DNA from: Eledone cirrhosa
Taxonomy: Eukaryota
DNA length: 64,000 nucleotides
Assembly: GCA_964016885.1 (NCBI GenBank)
Contig: OZ024743.1
Coordinates: 356,004,001-356,068,000 of the forward strand
Direction of reading: 5' to 3'
Of this stretch, positions 10,962-22,252 are shown piece after piece. How positions within the stretch are numbered: position 1 is the first letter of the stretch; every line of letters starts with the position of its first letter. The notes under the pieces were generated by a model. It did not search any database. It was not told the DNA's origin and saw nothing but the letters and a program-made list of their open reading frames with translations. Both the position numbers and the translations under genes were made by a program.

Positions 10962-11407
10962 TTAACTCTTTTTCTTACCATATTTCTGATGAAAGACACT
11001 GTCAATGATTTTCAAATAATTTGGAGAGATTTAATAACATACCCAACTTTCTCATCATTAAGCAAATGTTTGAAACATAACCTAACAAAGGTTCTTCTGT
11101 AAAATTATGATGAATGATTTTTAGACAAATATAAACACTTTAACCCTTTAGCAATCATATTACTCTATATTTACTATTATTATTTCACATAATTATCTCA
11201 CATAATATCGAATCTATGAGATTTTGATATTATTTATTTTGAGAACAATACCTTAACATCAATACGAGTGGTTGGTTATGGCTGGTTTGAACAGGAGGTG
11301 AGAGAATTCTGGCCAGAGATGGCCGTTTAAATGCTAAAGGGTTAAAGCAATTGGCCATACCATAAGAACAAGTGAGGTATGAAGTGGTTTGGCATTGAAG
11401 GGGTTAA
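10962..11407 (+). mobile_element. MITE family B hosting a nested MITE A
   Basis: TTAA-CTCTTTT ... AAGGGG-TTAA ends; the interior is split by the 11140-11345 element. Confidence 0.65.
11140..11345 (+). mobile_element. MITE family A
   Basis: TTAA-CCCTTTAGCA ... TGCTAAAGGG-TTAA, perfect outer TIRs. Confidence 0.9.
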
Positions 11408-11803
11408 ATATGATATGAAAACAATTCGATAAAAACTTATCAATGAACAATGTTCCTGTAATATTGAAATCAATATAATCGCAATGTATCAAAAACCTGT
11501 TGGACTTTGAAACAGATGGATAGAAATATCTCTGGTGGCAGAATTGAGTGGATCACAAAGGAAAAGGGGAAATAATTGAAACAAAAAAAGTAATGGATAG
11601 AAATATGCAGTTATTAAAGAAGGATTAGAAATATTCTAGAATTAAATTCAAACAACTTGGTGTTGCATAGATCCAAATAAATGATATAGAAAGATGCAGT
11701 ATAAGATGGTGAATAAGGTGAGCACAGACAAACATACTTTCACAAATTTATATTATGATGTATGTGTATGTAAGGAAGAGCGGACGTAAAATGATGATGA
11801 TGA

Positions 11804-11856
<53 letters not shown>

Positions 11857-12052
11857 ACTGTAAATGTGGTTGGTGTTAGGAAAGGCATCTGCCTGTAAAA
11901 TACCCGGCTAAATTTACAGTCCTTGCCGGAACAAGGTGTGACATGGCCAACCATTACCAGACATCCGTGCTTCCTGGCATGGATGAACTGTCCAACTCAT
12001 GCAAGCATGGAAGAATTGACACTAAACGGAAATGATGATGGTGATGATGATT
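11857..12052 (+). mobile_element. SINE-like family 3, 3' part
   Basis: CACTGTAAATGTGGTTGGTGTTAGGAAAGGCATC...CATGCAAGCATGGAAG...(GAT)n. Confidence 0.7.
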
Positions 12053-12249
12053 ATATATATATATATATATATAAAATTACTAATTACTGTGCTGCTTATC
12101 CGTAAGAGTTGCATTGCGACACCTCGTTGATAAGAGCACTCATTGTCAGTCGTATCTATCCAGCATGATGGTGGCAATCAAATGTTATGGATTTTCCATG
12201 CATGAAATAATGTTAAGACATATGTTACATAATTGTATTTATTGGAATA

Positions 12250-12284
12250 TACGCATTTCGGTGACACCAGTGTGACATCATCAA
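12250..12284 (-). ncRNA. Decayed hammerhead-like motif
   Basis: Minus strand TTGATGA-TGTCACACTGGTGTCACC-GAAA-TGCG-TA. Same helix II ends as 16874-16932; helix I not recoverable. Confidence 0.35.
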
Positions 12285-12437
12285 ATGTCAACACAATTAT
12301 GTGGAGGAATTGATGTGTTGCAGGGAAATACTTCCATGTTCCCGAAAGTCAAGTTTATGATCACATACCCACTCTACACTGCTGTCAGAGAAATATGTAT
12401 TATCCAATAAATACACACACACACACACACACATGTA

Positions 12438-12535
12438 TATCATCATCATCATCATCATTTTACGTCCGCTTTTCCCTGCTTCCAAGGGTGGCACGGGTCT
12501 TATTCAGCACAGCATCTCTCCACTTGTCACGGTCC
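12438..12535 (-). mobile_element. RTE LINE extreme 3' fragment
   Basis: Matches 8500-8591 (CAAGGGTGG...CACAGCATCTCTCCACT.GTCACGGTCC) with a (CAT)n tail. Confidence 0.8.
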
Positions 12536-13234
12536 TATATATATATAGTTACACATACATATTGTATACATAATTACACATATGTACAAACACACACAGT
12601 CCTAAGTTATTGTCATCATATTTAACATACACAACTCTACATACAGTCACAGCTACACATATGCACACAAACACTTAGCACATCAGTTATGCAAAGCTAC
12701 ATACACACACATCCAGCTGCATGTACACATGTACAACCATCTACACACACACACACAGCTATACATACACACAGATACACACATATCTAACTACCTACAT
12801 ATATATACACACACAACCATCTACACATACACATATTCAACCACTTATATACACATAAATTCAGCTAAATAAACACACAACTAGCTACATACATATATAA
12901 TCAGCAACACACAATTACATACGACCATACACAAGCTACATACACATACACAGACCCTGCTACAGACATAACAAACTACCTACACATATGCTCTCATTTA
13001 CATACACACACACACAACCAGGTACGCATACACATGCACTCGCACTCAGCTAAATAAACACACAACTAACTAAACACATAATCAGCAACACACACATTCA
13101 GCAATATACACATCTAATTACGTACACACACATAAACATGAGTGACACACATACACACAGTTAGATATACACATAAACCCGAGTTTATATATATATATAT
13201 ATATATATACATCACACTACCTACACACACACTA

Positions 13235-13416
13235 ACATATAGAAACAGGCACACACACACAGATAGAAGCAGGCATACACACACATATATACAGATAGAA
13301 AGCCATATGGACACACACGCACACACAAACACACAGAAACAAACACACACACACATACAGATAGAAGCAGACATACACACACACATATATACACAGATAG
13401 AAAGTCATACAGACAG

Positions 13417-13457
<41 letters not shown>

Positions 13458-13850
13458 AACACACAGATAAAAACACACACACACACACAGATAGAAGCAG
13501 GCATACACACACACATATACACACAGATAGAAAGTCATACAGACACACACAAACACACAGATAGAAACAGGCATAGACACACACACACACACAAACACAA
13601 ATAGAAGCAGGCATACACACACACACAAACACAAATACCCACGGATAGAAACACATACACAGACACACACAGAAACAGGCATACATACACACACACAAAC
13701 ACCCACAGACAGAAACAGGCATACATACACACACACAAACACCCACAGATAGACACAGGCACACACACACACACACAAATACCCACGGATAGAAACACAC
13801 ACACACACACAGAAACAGGCTTACATACACACACACACACAATATATATA
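13235..13850 (+). repeat. Minisatellite (CA)n-GATAGAA(G/A)CAGGCA
   Basis: Repeated CAGATAGAAGCAGGCATACAC / CAGATAGAAAGTCATAC units separated by variable CA runs. Confidence 0.85.
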
Positions 13851-14166
13851 CACAGATCAATGGCTGGTCTGCAAAATTTCCGACCGTTTATAAAGCCATA
13901 CGCACCAACTGTTTGGGACTGCTGTTTAAATCATTGAGGCAGTCAATATTGATTGACAGCTTTTGGAGTGGTGTGTGCAGCAGTATTCTTGCTGCTCAAG
14001 TTGCGCATGCAATAGGCAGCTGAAAGTAGCTGCGAGAGTTTTATTAATAATACTCAGCTGCCAACTTATTCAATAATTCCATCATGATGGAGTTCAATAG
14101 ACCACGTCTATCAAGATGGACTCCGTAAAGACTCCGCATAGATCAGTTCAGTTTAGCTATGTTGGC

Positions 14167-14181
14167 TCTCTCTCTCTCTAC

Positions 14182-14218
<37 letters not shown>

Positions 14219-14235
14219 TATATATATATATATAC

Positions 14236-14300
<65 letters not shown>

Positions 14301-14317
14301 TGTGAGTATATATATAT

Positions 14318-14355
<38 letters not shown>

Positions 14356-14387
14356 GCATATATATATATATATATATTGTGTGTATG

Positions 14388-14428
<41 letters not shown>
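14167..14428. repeat. Compound (CT)(TA)(CA)(TG) microsatellite
   Basis: Directly visible dinucleotide runs. Confidence 0.9.
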
Positions 14429-14920
14429 CTTTGTCAATGTGTGTATGAATGTCTGTTTACTTGTGTGTCCATCCATCAGTGAACCAGTCAGACAGGCCAA
14501 CAGTCAGTCAGTCAGTCAGCCTCATCAAAGTAATAGCTGTGATGAGGTGATGCAGAAGACAGCAGTGGTGGTTATGGCGGTGCGCTGGTGGTGTGCGTTG
14601 TGTTGTCCCTTTTGTTGTTTCAGAGTATTTTGATGAGCTGGGGGGAAAGGGGAGTGGGATGGAGGAGCAAAATACAGAAATGTGAGAGAGAGAGAGAGAG
14701 AGAGGAATCCACAGGAGAGGGAAAGAAGATAGGGAAAATGAGAGAGGGACAAGCAAGGAAAGAGACGGAGAGTGAGACAGAGATATATGAGAGTGATGTG
14801 GAGGGAGAAAGTGTGTGTGAATTGGTGGGGTGAGGTGGGAGGCTAGTAAGATGAAAAGACAACATAAAACAGTGTTAAAAGGAGGAAGATAGATAGAGAT
14901 AGATGCACAGATAGATATAC

Positions 14921-14926
<6 letters not shown>

Positions 14927-14985
<59 letters not shown>
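14927..14985 (+). repeat. (GT)n microsatellite
   Basis: Pure GT run of about 30 units. Confidence 0.95.
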
Positions 14986-14988
<3 letters not shown>

Positions 14989-15280
14989 GGTGTATGGCTT
15001 AGTGGTTACAGCGTCGGACTTACAATCGTGAGGTTGTGATTTTGATTCTTGGACTAGGCTTTGCTTCACATTACTTTATTTCACATTACCCCAGTTTACT
15101 CAGCTGCAGAAATGAGTTGCGACATTACTGGTGTCAAGCTGTATCGGCCTCTGCCTTTCCCTTAGACAACATCGGTGACATGGAGAGGGGAGACTGGTTT
15201 GCATGGGCGACTGCTGATCTTCCACAAACAACCTTGCCAAGACTTGTGCCTAGGTGCAAATTCCATGGTCAATCATTACC
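14986..15280 (+). mobile_element. CORE-type SINE family 2
   Basis: GAAGGTGTATGGCTTAGTGGTTA head and ACTTTATTTCACATT...CAGTTTACTCAGCTG.AGAAATGAG domain, followed by a distinct 3' region. Confidence 0.8.
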
Positions 15281-15289
15281 ATATATATC

Positions 15290-15692
15290 ACCTTGATCAC
15301 CTTGACCGACCAGTCTGTCGGGCGCCATTCGGCACCGCTGGTCACAGCACGTTGCTGTTTTGTTTTAGCCACACGATGATGCCATCACACTGGCTGGGCA
15401 GGCCGTAAGTCTAAAGTCTGTCTTAAGCCAGAAGGCTCATTTGGCCAGTGCTTATCCCGGTTTCATGGCGTGAAGCGACTCAGAGCACAAGACTCCCTCC
15501 TGGACAGGACGCCAGTCCATCGCAGGGTTAAACCTCCAGCTATTGCTGGTACTCATTTTCAGCTGAGTATACTGGGGCAACGTAAAATAAAGTGTCTTGC
15601 TCAAGGAAACAACACATCACTCGGTCCGAGAATTGAACTCACAACCTTTCGATTGCAAGCCCAATGCTCTAACCACTAAGCTATGCACCTTC
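15290..15692 (-). mobile_element. CORE-type SINE family 2 with a different 3' module
   Basis: Head near-identical to 3632-3776; 3' module GCGATGGACTGGCGTCCTGTCCAGG...GAAACCGGGATAAGC. The 3' boundary is uncertain (15290-15410). Confidence 0.8.
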
Positions 15693-15805
15693 ACATATAT
15701 ATATAGAGAGAGAGAGATGTAAAGAGTAGTAAGTGAATCAATTCAATAAACACACTAGAGAATATATGAAACTTGTGTATTCCTCTCTTTCTCTTGCCAT
15801 ACACA

Positions 15806-16052
15806 CAGGTATGGCTTTTGACTGAGGAGTTCACTTCACAACCACATGGTTCTGGGATCAATCCAACTGTGCAGCACCTTGTGTAAGTGTCTATGGAAAC
15901 TAGAGAAGCTTCTCGTGTGTGTGTGTGCATCTGCATCTACATAGTTTGACAAAACAGAGATCAATGAAATAAGTAACTAGACTTACTACAGGGATCAATA
16001 TGATCAACTAAATCAAAGCAGTGCCACAGCATAGTCACAGTCTGACTGAATA
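15806..16052 (+). mobile_element. Old SINE family 4
   Basis: CAACCACATGGTTCTGGGATCAATCC...CACCTTGTGTAAGTGTCT...GGAAACT, then (TG)n and a 3' module. Confidence 0.6.
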
Positions 16053-16280
16053 GACACACACAGTACATATATGGAATAAAGGAGAGAGAGAAAAAGAGGA
16101 GTCACACAGCTGAACTAGAAAGAGAGAGAGAGAGACACACACAGATACCTAGACTTATAGACTGATAGGACAATAGAAATATTGACACACAGCTGGAAAT
16201 CTAGACAGCAATAACTACAGGTGGCTGGATAGCTTTGTGAATGGATGAATGGTGTGTCAGTTTAACTCTTTTCTTATCTG

Positions 16281-16333
16281 AGAGATGGTTTGCCTCAACT
16301 ATAATGCTGAATTTCTCTTAGCAAGCCATCTCT
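16281..16333. repeat. Short inverted repeat
   Basis: AGAGATGGTTTGC ... GCAAGCCATCTCT: 13-bp arms with one T.G pair and a 27-nt spacer. Confidence 0.6.
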
Positions 16334-16343
16334 GAATCAAGAA

Positions 16344-16498
16344 TATTCTCTCTTTGTGTTTGCAGTAATCCCTTTTATTGATTAACTAATTATGCAATCC
16401 GCATCTGATGATGTAAGACTTTGGCGATTTCATCAGGTGTTGATTGCAAAATTAGTTATATAAGATAACAGGATTATAGTGAACACAAACAGAGAATA
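16344..16498. repeat. Long imperfect inverted repeat (foldback)
   Basis: TATTCTC..TTTGTGTT..TAATCC..TAACTAATT.TGCAATC..CATCTGATGA pairs with TCATCAGGTG..GATTGCA.AATTAGTTA..GGATTA..AACACAAA..GAGAATA. Confidence 0.8.
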
Positions 16499-16710
16499 GG
16501 GGATAGATTTGGTTAATTAAATCAAGAAAAATTAATTAGGAAAAATAAAATAAGAGAAGATAAATTGTGAAGAAATATAAATATTAGTGTTGATAGTGTA
16601 CAGTTACAAAGCTAGTTGATTATAATCCTAATGGCATAGATTCACTAAAAGTAAATCATTGAATGATTAAGGGGTCATCAAACTATTTCACATATATATG
16701 TGTTTGTATG

Positions 16711-16775
<65 letters not shown>

Positions 16776-16873
16776 CATGATGTCTAACTCATGCTAGCAT
16801 GAAAAATGGACGTTAAATGATGATGATAAAGTACAAGTCAACAGGCTGGAATTTACTTCAATTATTCATAATC

Positions 16874-16932
16874 GCTGTTATATATATTTCGGTGACAACT
16901 GTTATGCAAAAGTTATGACATCATCCGACAGC
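16874..16932 (-). ncRNA. Type I hammerhead ribozyme motif with one core substitution
   Basis: Minus strand GCTGT-CGGATGA-T-GTCATAACT-(10 nt)-AGTTGTCAC-C-GAAA-TATATA-TA-ACAGC. Perfect 5-bp helix I, helix II pairs 8/9, palindromic ATATATAT helix III; core reads CGGATGA instead of CTGATGA. Confidence 0.6.
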
Positions 16933-17167
16933 TAGAAGTTGAACAGAAAAAACAGGAAAACATGAATAAGAAATAAAAATTACTCCCGTTGTTTCGATGT
17001 ATTGATATGCCCTGGTCTGATATTTGGTGTTGTTTCTTCAAAGCACTGGTGACATATGACTTAAAATAAATAGCCTCCCAGCATAAGCAAAAGGGATATA
17101 GAAAGCCACTATCTATTGGTCTGAGGTAGTTTCACCACAATATCATCAAGCCATTGTGAATTCCTTT

Positions 17168-17243
17168 GTGGTACCATGGTCTGAGATTTGCCTTCTACTT
17201 GTTCCTGAACAAGCAGAAGGCAAATCTCAGACCATGGCACCAC
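17168..17243. repeat. Near-perfect 76-bp palindrome
   Basis: 37-nt arms GTGGTACCATGGTCTGAGATTTGCCTTCTACTTGTTC and GAACAAGCAGAAGGCAAATCTCAGACCATGGCACCAC, 35/37 complementary, 2-nt spacer. Confidence 0.92.
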
Positions 17244-17784
17244 TACTTTTGAGTGTTGGCATCAAGAAAGGCATCTGGTCATAAATTTCTGCTTTGAAAA
17301 ATGTCTGCCAACCCATGCCATCCTCCACTGTGTGTTAATTAAAAATTCAAATTTTGATATGATTTTTTTCAAGAAATCAATCCTCTGTATATTACTGCTG
17401 CTTATTCTATTTAACCCAACAGGATAAAGAGCAAATATCTGAACTATAAAAGACCATAGGTATATCAATATTAAAAACTTTAACTAACAGTTTGTATCCA
17501 ACCATTTTTGCTGTGTAGTGTCCACTCCCTTGTTGAAGACATTAGATGTAAATAAGAACAATAGATATTTTGTTAACTTGCTATATTAGTTTGAAATCCT
17601 CCACAGACAACAGAATAAGTACTACCCCATTTGTATTAGTTCCCAAATTAGTAGAACAAAATGAAAATTAAAACAACCACACAACAGTGATGAAATACAT
17701 TAATTCTTAACATTCTATACCACATAAAACCACTTTAGCAAGACATACTAAAAAACTACAAAACAACACTATGACTGTATCACA

Positions 17785-17990
17785 TTAACCCTTTATCACT
17801 GAAACTAGCTGTATCCAACCAGAATTCTCTCACCTCTTTCTGTTCAAACCAGCCACCCATACTTATGTTAAAGTATTGTTATCAAAATAAATAATATCAA
17901 AATCTCATAGATTCGATATTATGTGAGATAAAGCCTTTACCATGAAAATACCATAGTAAATATAGAGTAATGTAAATGCTAAAGGGTTAA
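17785..17990 (-). mobile_element. MITE family A
   Basis: TTAA-CCCTTTA ... TAAAGGG-TTAA; body matches the other copies. Confidence 0.88.
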
Positions 17991-18619
17991 AAATAAAAGT
18001 CTTTAAAGACATTTTCACAACAATCTGTCATCCAGTAAATAAATATGCTAAAAACATTTGAATTAACAAATCCATTTTTAGATATTTTCTGCTAAATCAT
18101 CAACAGTTAATATAATTTAAATACATAAGCAGCCCATCTAGGATGGGTATTAACTCCTAATAGATACTTGTACATTGGACTACTGATCAAGAAGAACAGT
18201 AACTCCATATATAAACTGCATGGAGGAGAATGTGGATTTCATAAGCCATAGTGGAGACAACCTGTCTAAGAGAGAAGTCACTGAATAAAAATTGACAGTG
18301 CAAAGAGGACAGGTTAGTCCTGACAGATCTCACTAGTGCTGGTCACTTAATAAAATAAATGCACTCAGTTCATTTTGTAAAGTGACTGGTGATAGAAAAA
18401 AAAAAAAAATTATTCCAAACCATAAATAACAGATGTACTCTTATTCAAAGGCTAGGTAGACTAGTTATGCATGTTTAAAATATACACATAATCTTGCTAC
18501 TCTAGAATGGATGTTGAGGATATATGACAAGTTGCCAGCCAAACGACTAATAACAAAAACTACCTGAATGACAGTTTCTGGATCCATTAACTTTTTCAGC
18601 TAATTGCGATTAGCTCTTC

Positions 18620-18836
18620 TTAACTCTTTCAATGCTAGAAGTATTCTTGCTATTTTACTGCTCTAAGCCAGCATTGCTCATTAATTTCTGCATTTTTCAT
18701 ACAATTGTTAAACATGGAATAAACAGATCAAATTTGCTAAATTTATTTGTCTGGACCTGTGCTCCACAAACTAAATTAAATGTATCAGTAGGAGGTAAGA
18801 GATGTAACAGCATGTTTTTGGCAATCAAAGAGTTAA
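18620..18836. mobile_element. TTAA-flanked MITE (degenerate, family B-like or separate)
   Basis: TTAACTCTTTCAATGC ... GCAATCAAAGAGTTAA inverted ends, 217 bp. Confidence 0.55.
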
Positions 18837-19204
18837 TTGTGACAAGATTCTGCGAAACCTTACTATTCTATTTAATAGTAACATGGAAAATTTTGCTTCA
18901 CTTTAAAGTGGGTAAGCTAATTTACATACTGGCATTAGCATGACAACTATTAAAAATTTCATTATTACAGCAGAACCCCTGGTCACTTTGGTAGTTATGC
19001 TATATTGATGAGAAGTAGGGTTATATTCCCATAATTCATTGCACAGCATGTCTAAATATGTTCCAAAGACATGAATATATTGAATTATCTAAACAATATT
19101 ATTTATTCAACACATACTAAAGATGGTGCCCTAGTCATCTCTCTCAAAGTTATGGAAACACTCAATCAACCAATTTTTAATCTTGCTTTATACATGCAGA
19201 CATC

Positions 19205-19580
19205 ACCAAGTATTAAGAAGTTTGCTTTGCATCCACATGCTTTCAGATTTTATACCGTTGCATGATACCTTAGGTAAGTGTGCTCTACTATAACCTCAGG
19301 CTTATCAATAACTTTTGAGTGAATTTAGGAGATGGAAACTATGAAGACAGTCATTTTCTATATACATATGTGTGTGTCTATGTCTTTTTACTTCTCTTAT
19401 CTCCACTTCCTACTTGATATTGCTAACACAACCAGGGATATTTGTTTATGACTCACATAAACAGAAGTCCCATCGATGGCTCAGCAGTTGGACATACAAA
19501 GTCTGCATCTTACTTTTAAAAAAAAAGAGGGCTGGAGTATGTTCCAATTAACCCTATTTAACGATGCAGGTCCACTGTAC
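19205..19580 (+). mobile_element. Old SINE family 4
   Basis: ACCTTAGGTAAGTGTGCTCTACTATAACCTCAGG...GAGTGAATTTAGGAGATGGAAACT. Confidence 0.55.
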
Positions 19581-19659
19581 TAAGTGTGTGTGTATGTGAG
19601 TGTACATATATAGTAGAGGGGGACTCTTAGGTTTTGCTGAAAATGTGACAACCTCTCTA

Positions 19660-19840
19660 ATGCTAGTGGCATGATAAAATGCACCCAGTACATACTATAA
19701 TGTGGTTGGCATTAGGAAAGGCATCTAGTCATAGGAACCATGCTAAAATGGAATGTATGGGCAAGACATGGTCATCTGATCTGTCTCGTATCAGAACAAG
19801 ACAACCCATTTAACACATGCAAGCATGGAAAATAGTTGTA
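19660..19840 (+). mobile_element. SINE-like family 3, degenerate
   Basis: AAATGCACCCAGTAC...GTGGTTGGCATTAGGAAAGGCATC...CATGCAAGCATGGAAAA. Confidence 0.65.
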
Positions 19841-20605
19841 AAAAGAAGATGATACGCAAATGAAGAGAAGAAAACAATGCTATCTTCAGTAGTTCATCCT
19901 CCCCCTTAAAACTAGTGGTGGTATTTTGACCCAAACTGAACACCTCCATCCACACACTGTTGACCCAGTGTCTAACCACCTTCATCCATCAGCCATTGAA
20001 ACTGTTCAGCTTTGTATTCTGTGTGTGTGTGTGTGTGTGCGAGCGCGCGCGCGTGTGTATGCATGTGTATGTGTGTGTATGTGTGCATATATGTGTGCAT
20101 ATGTGTGTGTGTATAATATATTTTGGAGCCTGAAATATACAGTGGCTGTAGGCTGAGGTGGTGGGTGAGACCCCCTTCTCCTTGGAAATTCTCCCCTCAA
20201 AAGATATGGGAGAGGGGGGGGGGGAACAAGGAAGATAGATTGATAGCAAGAGATAGAGAGAGATACTTTGAACTAGGCTACAGTTAGATACAGACAAGAT
20301 GAAGGGTCGAGAAGCTTAGCTTACAACTCCACTGCAACCTTAACAACATAAATAATGTACCAAATACGGAAGAAAATAACAACAACAAAAAAAAACACAA
20401 AAACAGCAAAAAACAACAAATAAAACAAAACAAAAAATAATAAAAATCAAAAGCCAATAGATCAATAAAATATATTTCACAAGAAATTATAGCGATCACC
20501 ATCATCACTGCCATCATCACCATTAACTACAACTATAAAAGATAAGAAAATATTCATGTATCTATGTGTGTGTATGTATGAATGAATGTATATATATGTG
20601 TATGC

Positions 20606-20637
<32 letters not shown>

Positions 20638-21117
20638 ATATAATGTGTAAATATAATAAGCAGGCTTGCTGTTTTAGTGTTTTAAGAGAGAATAAATAAG
20701 AGTCGAGATGAGAAACGTCTTAGTGTGAACCACAACAACAACAAATCAATAGAGACTGATGACAGTTTAACAAGCAGAAATGGACGAGCCCTTCACAAAC
20801 AATTACTTTCAAACTAGACAATTGATTTCCACCGATAACAGCAAAAGTCAGCGGTGTGTGCAGGAATGCATGGCAAAAGGTTATTATTTTGTAATTACAT
20901 TATAACCGTTCATTCAAATTTATTGGTAATCATACCGAGATTAACAAACACAGACGGCGACGTTGACAACACCAACAACACCAACAAGATCAGCGACAAC
21001 AGAGACATAGATATTTTAGCGTGGGGGGCTCTTTTTGTGCTATTAGGAAAAGATGTTGAACTAATGAACAAATAGCCAGATGATGATGATGATGATGATG
21101 ATGATGTAAATTGAAAC

Positions 21118-21786
21118 AGTGGTAGTTGATTGTTGTTATGGTGTCAGAGAAAATACTTGTATCATTTAGTTATGGCCCTTTACATTCTGACTTCAAATCC
21201 TGCCTAGATCAACCATGCTTTTCATTCTTTTGACAATGATAAAATATTGAACCACTCAAGTTCTCAGGTCGATTAAATCAATTAGCCACTTACTATAAAA
21301 TTGCTGGCTTTGTTCTTAAATTAGAAACTGGCAGTATTGGTAAGGGTCTGACACCATGCTTTGCAGCAAAGAGTTACAGCCTTTATGGTCTGAGTTCAAA
21401 TCCCGCCGAGGTTAACTTTTTGCCTTTCATCCTTACGAGGTCGATAAAATAAAGTACCAGTAATACACTGGGTAATTTTCTGGCCTTTAGTGCCAAAAGT
21501 AGAAACAACTATTATTATCAGTAATTCACTGGGGTCGATTTAATCGACTTACCTCTGCCTAAGGTAGAAACAATTATTATTATTATTATGAGGACACCCT
21601 GCTTCGCTGCATAGAGTTACGGCCCTTTACATTCTGAGTTCAAAAACCACTGAGGTTAGCTTTGCCTTTCATCCTTATGGGGTCAAAATAAAGTAACAGT
21701 AACACACTGGGGTCGATTTAATTGACTTTTCCATCACTCAAAATTGCTGGCCTTGTGCCTAAATCAGAAACCATTATTATTATTAT
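21118..21786 (+). mobile_element. Tandem run of SINE family 1 copies (about 21118-21328, 21329-21518, 21519-21589 fragment, 21590-21786)
   Basis: Repeated B-box (GAGTTCAAA), GCCTTTCATCCTT, AAGTACCAGTAA and TAGAAAC-(ATT)n motifs, all head to tail. Confidence 0.85.
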
Positions 21787-21950
21787 GCATTCCCTTGAAA
21801 ATGATTCCAATAAATTTTTACAATTGAACTTTTTAATACATAAATATCACGTGCAAGCACAAACGCAAACACGTACAAGCGCACTGGCTCTTTTTCTCTG
21901 ACTTAATACTTTTTCTATCAATCTTACTTCTGACTTGTTTTTTTATTGCC

Positions 21951-21985
<35 letters not shown>

Positions 21986-22252
21986 CCTCTCTTTTTCTCT
22001 CCCTCTTTTTTCTACTCTATGAATACTTATATAAATTTCTCTTATTTGATCTCTTACTTTCAAAGTACTCCCAGCATGAGAGTGGTTGGAAGTAAACAAA
22101 AACTTCTTGAAACTACAAAATGATAGAAAAGCATTATGTAATAGAGTTATGAAACTATACTCTAAACAACATTTGAAACATCAAAGTATTAAAATTTCAT
22201 AAATATATTCTATACTCATGAGAATTTCAAAACTACGCCATCTAAACATAAT

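Noticed and set aside
13860-14150. Possible mariner-like 5' end or exon
   Set aside because: GGCTGGTCTGCAAAATTTCCGACC only loosely resembles a mariner TIR; no partner TIR, transposase ORF or clear splice sites.
16405-16436. CTGATGA as a hammerhead core
   Set aside because: It is one arm of the foldback pairing with TCATCAG; no GAAA or cleavage triplet in the right topology.
20019-20110. (TG)n(CG)n Z-DNA-prone tract
   Set aside because: Ordinary compound microsatellite; nothing indicates function.
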